Shown here: in pieces, positions 24,322 to 36,832 of the stretch
How positions within the stretch are numbered: position 1 is the stretch's first letter
Layout of the letters: every line of letters starts with the position of its first letter
Origin: Marsupella aquatica
Taxonomy: Eukaryota; Plantae; Marchantiophyta
Direction: 5' to 3'
Length of the DNA stretch: 64,000 nt
NCBI GenBank assembly: GCA_973895155.1
Contig: OZ316895.1
Location: forward strand, 15,630,816-15,694,815
Translations under genes and position numbers: made by a program
Notes under the pieces: generated by a model
The model's input: only the letters and a program-made list of their open reading frames with translations
Database searches by the model: none
What the model was told of the DNA's origin: nothing

Positions 24322-25345
24322 GACAATCCTAATCCAAAGTTCACTTTTGGTCTTTTCTCTGAGAATGATGCACTTGCAGAATCGAGACCTGGTCCTGTCA
24401 AGCGGAAGTTGCTGATTTTGGACCTTAATAAAATACTTTGGGATTCTATTGAATTCCAAAGCAAGGGCACATCCAGGAATATTGTCACCTCAAGTGCATT
24501 GGGATAGAAAAAATGGTATTAGTCGCATGTATACAGAACGACCAGGGCTCCATGAGTTTCTAAAGTTGGTTTTTGACAGATTTGACGTTGCAATTTGGAC
24601 ATGTGCTGGGATACCGCGAACAATGAAAATGTTGAACATGATGTTCACTGATGAGGAGAGGTCAAAACTCCAGTTTGTATTCACACAGGTGGAAGATTTT
24701 GACAAAGGCGTGACATTACAAACGGAAAGGCAAATGTGCTACTAAAGGATTTTCAGGTGGTATGGAATGCATTTGGAAATCTATATGATGAAACCAACAC
24801 CCTCCTTGTGGATGACTCCCCCCTTAACTAAGGCATTTGCCAACCCAGACATGACTGTATTATTTCTAGTGCCCTACACGCATGCCAATCGTGGAGATAA
24901 TTTTCTTCTAGCAATTCTTTGGCCATGTCTTGAGAGACTATCACATGCAAGTGACATTCGATGTTATCTTCTTCTCAACTCTCCAAAGTGGTCTCTTTTG
25001 CACATGAAGAGAGACAAGGCAAAAAATGAGATTACTTATGATCAACTTAGCAAGAGATTTGCAGCAAAAATTTGGAAGTCACAGTTTACGCATAGTGTGT
25101 TGGACCTCAACAGCAATGAGATCCCTTGGAATGTAAAGCACCGTATATGTAGTTTACGTCCTGAGGCGGAACTTGACAATGCACTTGTCAACTCACTTGC
25201 TAAATCATTTTTAGGAAAGGACTATTCAGGTCCATATAGAGAAAATCCCAGACACTTTTTGCGGGAGATTATAGCCATTAGGAACAACACCACCAGATTC
25301 AACTCCCTGAAAATAAAGGGCGTTGCAACCGTGACAATAGGGTAG
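24322..25345 (+). pseudogene. FCP1/NIF-family HAD-like phosphatase pseudogene (transposon cargo); start uncertain
   Basis: Across frameshifts: RKLLILDLNKIL (HAD motif I variant), RPGLHEFLKLVFDRFDVAIWT, LLKDFQVVW, NTLLVDDSP, KAFANP. Confidence 0.8.
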
Positions 25346-25654
25346 ATAGGAAAGGAGACAGGGGCACATGCTCAAATACACATTGTATAGAGCACTTGGT
25401 TTAGATATTTAATTGACTTGTGTTAATCCCATTGGATAGTACCACAAATATTTTTGTATTCATTGTAAATTTGCAGATAATTAGATAAAGATATTTTATA
25501 ATCTACATGGAATGATGTTATTTTGTTCACACAATATCTGGTCCTTAAATGGGGATGAAATATTTTTATAAGTTCCTATCCTCCACTGCTCTGTGAATTA
25601 TTAAATAATATAATATGTATTATTTATTAATATAATACTAATGTGATTCGGCCT

Positions 25655-25737
25655 ATAAAGTGTACATTTAGAGACACAAAAGTGTACATTTGGGTGTCTT
25701 GAAGTGTACATTTGGGGCCATAAAATTGTACATTTCA
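25655..25737. repeat. Right subterminal repeats AAAGTGTACATTT, 4 copies
   Basis: Same motif as at the left end, ~21-bp spacing. Confidence 0.88.
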
Positions 25738-26104
25738 AGACTCATTTGTGAACAAAAGAAAATACATTTTTAATGAATAGGTTGATCATGGTACTTTAGT
25801 GGTTGAATACAGTGTCATTCAATGCCCAAATTAACTAAGTAAAAAAATTGTGCCTTGGGTTTATTAATGTTTTAAAATTAGCTAAAGTATCTCATATATT
25901 TTAAGTGTTTTAATGTCTGCTAGCATAGCATTATGAACCATATTAGCCTCTCAAAACTCAAGCTCAAAGCCCTCATTTTACTGGTCATTATGAAGACTAT
26001 TGCAAAATCACATTAGGAAAAGATAATTTATCCTATATTTTCACTAAATCGTGTAAACTATCTCAACATAATAAAGTGTGTTACCAGATCATTTTGGACC
26101 ATAA

Positions 26105-26448
26105 TGTTGAGCATAGATGACATTCGCAATTGCAAGCCCATGAACCATCCAACGCACAAGAGTCGACACAGAGAGATACGTGGTTCACCTCCACATGAGG
26201 CTACGTCCACGGGAACACACAAGAGCTTTACTGCACTCTAGGCCGACCGACTATACCAAGCATCCACAGAGCAAGCTCTCCCTATCTCTCAACTAGCTCC
26301 GTAACAATGAGCCTAAGTTCCACCAGGGTCTGGCATCAGCCCTGGCTTAATACACAATAGCACTACCGCTAACATTAGCTAAGTCCTAACCCAAGTTAGA
26401 CTAACTGTGGTTAGCTCATGAGTCACAAGACTAGAGCAATATCTAACA
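26105..26448 (-). mobile_element. Solo LTR (344 bp) of the adjacent Copia family
   Basis: TGTTGAG...CTAACA; 5-bp TSD CATAA on both sides; highly similar to LTRs at 26594 and 32916. Confidence 0.95.
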
Positions 26449-26593
26449 CATAATAGATAGACTCACACAACTTGAGCTAAAGCTAATATCACATACATTA
26501 TTTTTACTCAAACAAGGCCTCAAAAATGTAGCTAGCGGGTCAGACACAAACTAATTACGTATATGTTTATGGTCCTGATATGCTCCTTAATGG

Positions 26594-29500
26594 TGTTGAG
26601 CATAGACGAATTTGCAACTGCAAGCCCATGAACCATCCAACGCACAATAGTCAACACAGAGAGATATGTGGTTCACCTCCACATGAGGCTACGTCCATGG
26701 GAACACACCAGAGCTTTACTGCACTCTAGGCCGACCGGCCATACCAAGCATCCACAACACAAGTTCTCCCTATCTCTCAACTAGCTCCGTAACAATGAGC
26801 CTAAGTTCCACCAGGGTCTGGCATCAGCCCTGGCTATATGCACAACAGCACTACCGCTAACATTAGCTAAGTCCTAACCCAAGTTAGACTAACTATGGTT
26901 AGCTCATGAGTCACAAGACTAGAGCAATAGAGCAATATCTAACAAACTCTCTCTTGACTCTTGTCTTGGGGACTGAACTAAATGCTACCATATGGAATCC
27001 TTAGCGGGAAGTTCTAGACAATCACCGAACCAGGTATCCCCCTAAAAACCACAAGGGTTAACTAAGGGTTAACTAGAACTAAGCCGTAGCCAAATAGGAA
27101 TGAGTAATCCATATACAAATAGTCGCACATTGCTAAATAACTCTACTTGCACTACAATTGCAAAACCTGCAAAGTAGCACGGTGTTTTGAGAAACTCTCC
27201 AAAGGAATCACTTTGGTAAAGGCATCAGCGGGATTGAGTTTTCCATCAATCTTGACTAGCTCAAAAGTTTTATCAGACACTGCTTGCCTGATAAAATGGT
27301 ACCTGATATCAATGTGCTTCACCCTGCTATCCATCACCTGGTTAGCAGCCAAGTGAAGAGCACTCTGACTATCACAGTTTAGAGACATTTTGCCATACTC
27401 TAAACCCATCTCCGTGATCAACTTGTTCAACCAAATTGCTGCCTTTGCTGCTTCTGTTGCTGCAACATACTCTGCTTCTGTAGTAGACTGAGATATACAC
27501 TTCTGCAAGGTAGATTTCCAACTGATACATCCTCCTCCAAGAGTAAATACAAAACCAGTTACAAGTAGACCTCCTTGTATCTAGACAGCCTCCATAGTAA
27601 GAATCTACATAGTGAACTAATGTTCTATCTGATCTCGCATCAAATAGTAATCCATAGTCCTATGTACCCTTCAGATACCTGAGAATCCATTTCACAGCTT
27701 CCCAATGTACCTTCCCTGGATTTGACATGAATCTGCTAACCTTGCCTATCGCCTAGGGCCAAGTCAGGCCTAGTACAAGTCATCAAATACATCAGACTGC
27801 CTACTGCCTTCTCATAAGGAATCTTAGCCATCAGACCTTTCTCCACAACATCCATAGGAGAGAAAGCTGATGATAACTTAAAATGTGAAGCTAAAGGAAT
27901 ATTCACTGGCTTACAATTTTCCATGTTGAATCGTGCAAATACTTTCCTCGCATATTGGCCTTGACTCAAGCACAACTTTCCAGTTTCAGAGTTCCTAAAA
28001 ATCTCCATCCCTAAGATCCTCTTGGCCTTACCAAGATCCTTCATCCTAAATTCAACACTCAATTTTTCCTTGAGACTGACAACCTCAGATTGATCTTTAG
28101 CCATAATCAGTATGTCATCCACATAAATCACCAGAATGATGAAACCAAATACATCATTCTTGACTGATTTCGTATACACACAAGGATCATATACCATCCT
28201 TGTAAAACCTTGAGCAAGCATGAAATCATCAAACCGCTTGTTCCATTGTCTGGGAGACTGCTTCAATCCATACAAGGACTTGAGCAATCTACAAACTAAG
28301 TTCTCTTGGCCCTTCTTCATAAAGCCTAGTGGTTGTCTCATGAAGATCATCTCTTCCAAGTTGCCATAAAGAAAAGCAGTAACAACATCCATCTGATCCA
28401 TCACCAGACCAAAAAACACAACAAGCTGACACAAGATCCAAATTGTGGAATACTTAGCCACCGGTGAAAAGACCTCATTGTAGTTCACTCCTTTCTCCTG
28501 AGTGAACCCCTTGGCAACAAGCCTTGCCTTGTAGATCTTATCTCCATCCTCTGAAGGACTGTCCTTCAACTTGTAAATTAATCCACTTGTTGTCCACCAC
28601 TTGTTGACCTCTTGGAAGCTTCATGAGCTCCCATGTCTTGTTGTCACTCAAAGATTGCAACTCCCTCTACATTGTTGCATTCCACTCATGCTTCTGCTCT
28701 GAAGCACAAGCCTCACTGTACAAAGAAGACTCTCTTTCTTCCAAGATCAAAGCCATATCATCATCATCAGGTGCAATGTCAATATCATCTAGCTTAGATG
28801 AGTCTGCCTATTGACTATACCTGGTAGGAGCTCTAGTAGAACGATTGGAAGTTCTTCTAGTAGATGACTCAGGCTGATCTGCTGCTGCTGGTTGAATTTG
28901 AGGTACCCCAATAAAAATCTGCTCCTCTTGTTCCATCATAGGAACCAACTCCAAGCCCGAAGCTTCTCCATCTCTCCTGTCATGAACAACATCATGACTA
29001 ATCTCCCCCTCAACCCGGTCCGGGATGGGAGATTTTCCATTGTCAGTATGGGAGTCCTGAGAACTCTCCCCTTCCTTTGATGATCTGGATTCATTAAAGG
29101 ACACATCTCTACTGACAATTAGCTTATAGGTTACTGGATCCCATAACCTATAGCCCTTCACACGTTTCTGATAGCCAAGGAAAATGCACTTCTTCAACTT
29201 GGACTCTAGCTTGGATCAATGCTGGGAAGGTGTAAGCACATAAGCATCACATCCAAAAAATCCTCAGATGTGAGTAATCTGTTGGACGCCCGTGCCTCAT
29301 TTCAAATGACGTCTTGAATCCAATAGAACTGGATGGAGAAAAATTTACCAAATAAGCTGCAGTGTTGACAACTTCAGCCCAAAACTCATGTGGTAAGCAT
29401 GATTGACTCAACATACTTCTCAAGCGATCCAATAGTGTTTGGTTGAGTCTCTCAGAAATACCATTCTGTTGAGGAGTATAACTTATTGTGAGATGGCGGG

Positions 29501-32500
29501 TAATCCTCTGCTCCTTACAATACGTTCCAAATTCCCCGGAACTATATTCATCGCCATTATTTGATTGAAGATATCTCACCTTATTACTAGTTTAATTTTC
29601 AACTTGGGCTTTCCATTCCTTAAAAGTGGCAAAAACATCAGACTTACTGTGAATAAAGTATATCCACACATACCTTGAGTAATCGTCTATGAACGTGACA
29701 TAGTATAACCATCTAGAATGTGAGGGAGTAGGGGCTGGACCCCACACATCACTATGTACATACTCAAGTACATGCACTATCTAGAATCTAGTCATCACTA
29801 CCTGGATTTGACACTACGTTGAGAGCAGAACCTTGACATCACAATATGTCATCGTCATCGAGTAAATCTATCTCATGCGAGCTCGATGCGGCGTTAGCAG
29901 ATGCAGTAGGGACCTTTACTCGAAAATCCCTTTTCATGTGGCCAAGCTTGCCACAATTCCAACATGCAAGAGGCTTCCTCTCTTGCGATTTCCCTCTGGA
30001 TTTAGATCTCCCCCTGATGTAGATCTAAACTTGTTCAACTTGTTTGAGCGTTGCACTGCTCTCCCACGGTTCACATTCAGCACAGTGCTAGAAGAAGATG
30101 CTGTCTGTGTTTGACTCAACTTCTTCTGAGTATCATTAGACAGTAAGGAGCTCACCACCTTATTATACAAAATGGACTTTAGATCTCTATACAAGAGCAC
30201 ATGTTTCAAGCCTTGATATGACGGCAGTAAGGAGCTTAGCAGAAGCAAGGCCTTATCCTCATCTTCAACTCCTTTTGCCAGGTTTGATAGATCCACCACT
30301 AGACTGTCAAACTCATCCAGGTGATCCTGCAACTTGCTCCCTTCCTTGAGCCTGAGGCTCATCAAAAGAGATTTATTGTACAATCGATCTGACGCATCTT
30401 CCCGATAGTACTTCTCTGTTAGAGCCTTGAACAGTGATGCACAGTCGTCATAATCATCTAGCTTCTTGATGATATGCGGCTTGAGGTATAGCATCACTGC
30501 ATTGACAGCAATCACCTGCTTCTGTCTCTACTGCTTCACATAAATCTTCTCCTCTCCATCATACTGCTCTCGCAAAGAAAGCAGATGAGCTAAGCCCATG
30601 GCCCAAAGAACACCCTTCACTTGCTTCTCCCACAACAAGTAATCAGTACGACCATCATACTTCTCCACCTCAAACTTCACTCCTCCAAATCTTGCCATCT
30701 CTCTCTTCTTCCCAACTACCAATAGCTCTGGTAGTAGTACAGCTTCCTCCACTGCACGCCGCACCGGTGAGCGTACCGGTGATACTAGTTCCTCCTCAAA
30801 CGGTAGCAGCTCCTCCTCAGACTCTCCATTTGATCGTCACGATCCTGAAGCTCCACCGATGCCAATTCTTCCAGTATCCTCCGAGTCACTCATATGAAAC
30901 AATCACGAAAAACCATTTTTTTTGGAAACTTCTCATAAAACTCAAAACTCAACACTGCCACGTAGCCCACGAAGCTAGGAGTCCAATACTGAAAGCCAAA
31001 ATCAAAATCAAAAATTTGAAAGAAAAGTTATTCAAATTTCGGTCGGGGTGGGGATAAAACCTTGGGAAACTCCCTTGTTTTGACCACCTCGGAGAATAAC
31101 CAAAATACCAAGTACAACCCATCGTCAGAATTGGGATGTGATTGGTGCACCGCGTCACTAACTCCAATGGCAACGTCCTCGCCAAAAAAGAACCAAAAAA
31201 GTTATCGTTTGGCGGACAAAATCTTCATGGGATGGCCAAAAAACAACTCTTTGTTTTTTGGGAATATTCTTGCACAGCCCGATAGGTCTCACAGGGGGCC
31301 ATTCCCCCTGTCGGAGCGGTTAAAATGGAGGGCGACAGGTCCCGACACAAGAGGAAACAAGAGGGAAGAAAAACGCTCGGGGGGTTGACTATCAAAAATC
31401 TTAGGAACCATGTGCGATCCAAAATAAGTATTTTTGATATAAATTAACTAAATATTTAAAAAGCATAGGAGGCAAAAGGAGGTATTATAAACTCATGTTC
31501 ATAGAATATTCTCTAATATATACTTTTTATAAAGTAAAATAGATTATTAATATTAAAATAGAGAATATTATTGGGATACTTTCTTTATAAAATAGGTCTA
31601 TTTATATTAGGCTAGGATCGCACGTGGTACCCCAAAATATACACTTAGTTAACCCCCCGAGAAAAAAACGGCTAAAAATAGGGCCCTAAAGGGGGTCCAA
31701 ACACACCTTAATAACAAAATACACTCAAAAACGCGGGCCAGGCAATGTACAGGGTATGCGCGAGTGTGGCCGGGGTAAGCCTGGGCGAATATGGGCGTAA
31801 AGGAGGGAATACAAGGCAGGGCCGGGGCCGGAGAGAGCGACCGGCGGCAGTTGCTCGCCGTCGCGAGGCGCAGGGCTGGGTAGGGCTTAAACACGGCCGG
31901 CAGGTCGCATGTTAACCCTAAGGGGGGGGGGGTGCGGGGCCTTAAGGGGGAGACGCAGCGAGCCCCTTAATGTACATGGGCTCGCAAAGGGCCGGGGGGG
32001 TAAACGCGGCCAGCTGCGGCTGCAAATGCGCCGGCCGGCACTGCGCAGCTTGCCGCTGCAGTAAGGAAAAATTGGGGTGCGCGGGGGAGATACCAGAAAA
32101 GAGGTACGCGGGGCCGGGCAAGTGTAAGGGTAGGAGGGGGGCTCGAGTGTGTGTATACACACCCTTGTGTGTGTATACACACAAGAGACCCCCTCTAAAA
32201 TGAAAAATTAACCCTTAAAAACTAAAAATCCGTTTACACACCTGATCAGCCGCAGTTTACTTGAAGAAAACGATGACCTCCGACGGGTGAAGTTGCCAAA
32301 TTTCACCGGCACAGTCTGCAAGTCCAGCACTGAAAAAAAGTTCCGCCGCGTCGCCTTCACCCCGCGTCAAGTGCCAATCTCAGGCTCAAAAGGACCGCCT
32401 CACCGAGATCAAACCGTTGAGCCGTAGCACTTTGCGTTTCTCCCACCGAGTCGTACATCACAAAGAGAAACCCGGTTCAGATGGGAACAAGCTCCATAGC

Positions 32501-33259
32501 TTGTGAAAAAACCTGAACGCCTCCTTCACTCGTCACGTCACAGTCAGTAACAACTCGGCAGCAATCCAGCTACCGGAACGACCAGCTCGCGTCAACCTTC
32601 AACTTGAGTTATAATGTGCAATCTCCCGATCACCGCACAGCTCACATCGTTGAAAATGCGAAGTCTGGTCTCTCCCCCGAAAACCCGTTGAACACGAATA
32701 AAACCTGAACGACGCAAACTTCAATTCCTCCGCACCACGGATACCGATCAGCGAGTTCTAACCATCGTTAGAACGCTCTCTCACTAACCTATCCGCACAG
32801 CCACACACATTCGAGTTTCATGCGACGAAACTCCGAATGTACCATCGACAATGAACGCTGGAAAAACCTGTTACGAAAAAACCTCGTCACCTCCCAGGCA
32901 TGCTCGGATACCACTTGTTGAGCATAAACGACATTCGTACCTCCAAGCCTATGAACCATCCAACGCACAATAGTCGACACAGAGAGATACGTGGTTCACC
33001 TCCACATGAGGCTACGGCCACGGGAACACACAAGAGCTTTACTGCACTCTAGGCCGACCGGCCATACCAAGCATCCACAGCACAAGCTCTTCTATCTCTC
33101 AACTAGCTCCGTAACAATGAGTCTAAGTTCCACCCAGGGTTTGGCATCAGCCCTGGCTATATGCACAACAGCACTACCGCCAACATTAGCTAAATCCTAA
33201 CCCGAGTTAGACTAACTGTAGTTAACTCATGAGTCATAAGACTAGAACAATATCTAACA
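26594..33259 (-). mobile_element. Ty1/Copia LTR retrotransposon (Tnt1/Tork-like), defective
   Basis: LTRs 26594-26944 and 32916-33259, TG..CA ends, TSD AATGG, PBS TGGTATCCGAGC (32902-32913), purine-rich PPT next to the 3' LTR; order gag-(PR)-INT-RT-RNaseH. Confidence 0.97.
27152..30698 (-). pseudogene. Copia gag-pol remnants
   Basis: gag GVKFEVEKYDG and zinc-knuckle remnant; integrase VHSDVWGP/FIDDYSR/PQQNGISER; GYRLWDP; RT YKARLVAKGF, QMDVVTAFL, LYGLKQSPRQW, IYVDDILI; RNase H STTEAEY, CDSQSA, KHIDIRYHF, NPADAFTK; many stops and frameshifts. Confidence 0.95.
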
Positions 33260-34756
33260 AATGGGGCATATGGGGCGACCGTATGCCGACTAAATATATG
33301 TTAAGTGGTTGTACCCTAGATAAACGGTTGGGATTTGTCAATCTGGTGCAATTGCATATACAGACGCTAATTCTGACACCCACGGCTATGCCTGTGCTCA
33401 ACTTCAACCCTACAAATACACCACAAAATATGGTTTAAAATAATAAGAAATAAATCTGCCTATGTGGCAAACCCTGATAAGGGAAGAGCAATAAAAATCA
33501 TTGAATGACCCTTAACAACGTTCAACGTTCCTATAAGGACGGTCTCGGTTGGGGTTCTATTGTAGTGTGAACCCTGTTCCCAAAATGTTCAGAAAAGCTT
33601 CATGGCTCCCACTGATCAACTTTTCTTCACTGTGTTCTGGTCACAGCGTTACATCCTAGTAACCCTGTCACAAGGTACCGTGTATGGCCCATCAGGATTA
33701 CGTCCCCTGTTGGGGTAACTGTGTAAGGAGAACGGTGCAAATAGAAGTTCGTTATCGAAACGAAATCCAGGTTTGTGCTTGTTTGCGGTTTCTGGATTAT
33801 GGGTGTGTGTGGGTCCTGCCTTTCGTTGTTCACTTCACCTGATGAGTAAAGCATTCCATTAAAGGAAAACTAACGAGAATCAAAATCCAGGTTTCGTGGC
33901 ACGGAAACAGAGAGTAGACATGGAAAGAGGTCTCAAGTTTCTGAGATTCTTCATCAAAATGGAGGTACTGTATAATTATCGGATTCTTATCTGTGTAATC
34001 GGGTAAGACGAGGAACACCGACCTTCTTGTCAGGGTATTTGGTATAAGAATTAAGTAGCCTTGATAAACAAAACCACGGAGTTGTAACATTTCAGTTAGA
34101 ATCGATCGTAGCGTAGCGATTTTCGATTTAGAAGGTAAGAGACAGCGAAAACGAGTTGAACATCACATAGTTTTGAGTGATTTCTCTGATCCATTTACAG
34201 CATCATTCGCACAGCCTGAGCACGACACCATGACGCTGGAGCTATGTTTGAATTTTAGAGTAGCCGTTGAATTAAAACACTGCAGTGTCACATTGGTGGA
34301 AAATACTCTGCATTACGGTCCTAACTGCAATCCCGGAACCTAAGTTTTTCTCACAAATTAAATGAAAGAAACGGAGATGATGTCCCGCGCATCATATTTT
34401 TATTAATGATCCAAAGTATATACAAATGGAGTTACATTGAAGATTCTGTCGCCACGATTGCTCACTTTCGGACGGTCCTCTTGGAAGCCCATTAGAGAGA
34501 GGTGCAGAAATGCAGCCGCGCTAAATCTGTCTACATTAATGCCGCCAGACCAATTTGGTTACACCTTCTATCAGTTTGATCAGCTGTAGCTCGGGTTCCA
34601 ATTAATATGTCAAGTCGTCTCGTGAACTTCACAATGCGAGAAGCTTATTTCAGTGAATAAAATTTAATTCTACCTTAACGAGTAATCAAAGTAAGAGTCG
34701 CTTGACTCAATTCAACCGAATACAATTCGTTCATTGTAATTCTGAAACCAGCGGGC

Positions 34757-36199
34757 TCAATAGTAGCGGTCTATCCACATCTCTGACTTTTTGAAAAGCT
34801 TCTTGCAAGCTTTCAAAATGTCGGCAGCGGCAGCACTTCCTGTCACTGTAACCTTTTCCTTGCGACTGTCGCAATCTACAGAATGTACCCCTGTACAAAT
34901 CACATGACATTGACGAGGATCGGTGAGTTCCATATTGATTCTTCATAGGTGTTGCTCACGACTTCAGGATTCCACTAAACGGCAACTATTCCGATCACAC
35001 CCTGCATTAAAAAAAACTCTTTGACGCGTGACGCCATACGTCAGGTTCAATCTTGTCATCTATGTTATGGAAAACGATTAAAGTTCTACATTCTCACTTG
35101 CAAGGGAGTATTTTAATCATTACATTTATGCCAGGGCGTGTTGAGCGAGTTATACTAGACAATCATGGGTGGGTCGTCATAATCTGGGGTGAAGCAAGAT
35201 GATAAACTTGTTTACCTCTCATTGCCGTCAACGCAACCATAACACGTTCTTCACATGCCTCGCAGCACATAGGTACTTTCAATCTCAAGACCTGCACATC
35301 ACGGAGCATTTCAGAATGGGTTCTCTAGGAGAGATTTCCACACCGAGCAGGGGAAGTACGTTACAATTCTCTCGCTGCTCTTCCGATTTTATGCTTTGCT
35401 CAAATTATAGCAGGGCGCCGTGCAAAGTGCTGAAAACGCAGTCCCATTCCTGTTCTCGTACCTGTGTCTCTGGCATTGCGTAATGACTGAAATTCTCTTG
35501 TTGACCGTGGAAGAGCTGACCATGCATAGGAGGAGCACTTGGCTGGTGACCGCCGAAGTATGAGGAATTTTGCGGTGGCGCATTGCAACTGTTCTGATGA
35601 TAGTATTGTTGAGGAATTGGTTGTAGGGGACCTTGATTACGCTGGTGACCTTTCTGATTGTGTACATACTGATGACCCTGATCAGCTAGTTGGTAAGAAA
35701 GGTTTTTCCGATAAATGTTGTTGTGCTTATGCTGAGGAGACTCATGCAGTAAACTTTGACCGGGAGGGCTCTGTTGAAGCAGATGATATGAATGACCCAT
35801 TTCTGACGAAGAATCACGATGAGATGCAAATTGCTGACGATTGTTCTGCTGGGGAGTCTTGGGCTGCCGATAATTACACTGGTCAGGTATGTACTGATCA
35901 GGTTCTCGCTGTGGATGATGACGTATAACTTGAGCTGCGGTGGTGTTTACTATCCAAACAGGTTCCGGATCACCATAGAAAAGCTGCAACGCAAACAAGA
36001 AGGATAAGAAAATCATCAGGAGTAGGCTGGAGAAAACTATCAGAACTAACTAGCCACACAAAGGGAAGGAGTTCAGGGTGCAATGCAGGATTTGCGGCAC
36101 CCATCATTAGAAATTCCATCCAGCAGAACTAAAGCACGACCTGCCCGTTCTAACACGAGCGCAATCCATCAAAAAGCACACCTCCTGAACGGACATCAT
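34757..36199 (-). CDS. Heavy-metal-associated (HMA) domain protein with Q/H/N/P-rich N-terminus, 249 aa; exons 36199-36182, 35983-35462, 35291-35216, 34890-34757
   Basis: GT-AG exons splice in frame (750 nt): MMSVQE|LFYGDPEP...MPETQ|VLRLKVPMCCEACEERVMVALTAMR|GVHSVDCDSRKEKVTVTG..KKSEMWIDRYY*; CxxC metal motif; no CaaX. The first microexon is the least certain part. Confidence 0.85.
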
Positions 36200-36832
36200 T
36201 GCCGGCGATCGAAGGAGTAACGTTGCCAACGGACAGTCAAGCGAACGAATACGTCCACGGAGTCTGGATTCAGAGTAAACGATCGATCTCGCGCGCGACA
36301 AACTTTCCAGCACTAAATATATCCACTACAATTTTAACTCGGTCCAGAAAATCGCACTAACGAATCACACTTCAAACAGTCACGCGCACCAATCGACCGA
36401 ATTCATGAACCTGTGACAAAACCGTCAGAATCACCAGAGCTTCCCAATCACGCCCACCTCGAATAAACCTCGATTGCAGCACCCAAAATCGAGGCACTAT
36501 CACAGCAAACACCCATTGAAATTTGCGATTCTTCAGTTCTACACAACACCAACAGAAACCCGAAAATGAATCAACGAACGCACATTGAATGAACGGAGCT
36601 GTTCCGTGGCAAAGTCTTCAGTCTGGCTGGCCCAGCGATTTCGTTAGCTGCAGCTTTGGCTTTGTAGGCCTGTGCTCGAGAGTGTGAGTCGGGCCTGAAC
36701 TCCAATTCTCCAAACGTCTGCAAAGGCGCGCTTTCAAATAATTACAAGTGCAGATGGACCGTCGAGGCGCGGGGTCCTATTTGTAACCGCGCAGAACGGA
36801 CGGCAAAACAGTTCCATCGCCGTCGTCGTTGC

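Larger units (their letters stand above)
13114..25791. mobile_element. Large (~12.7 kb) TIR DNA transposon with three decayed genes; superfamily unresolved (Sola-like transposase motifs, CMC/EnSpm-like ends)
   Basis: Left end CCCATGATCAGCCTATTCATTAAAAGTGTATT; right end AATACATTTTTAATGAATAGGTTGATCATGG (inverted, ~31 bp). Flanked by TA (or GTAC) in a reconstructed AAAGTACTTT site. Subterminal repeats at both ends; transposase inside. Confidence 0.88.

Noticed and set aside
26105-33259. Single three-LTR tandem or recombinant element
   Set aside because: The solo LTR and the full element each have their own TSD.
35539-35928. Acidic 129-aa ORF on the + strand
   Set aside because: Antisense shadow of the Q/H-rich exon of the HMA gene.
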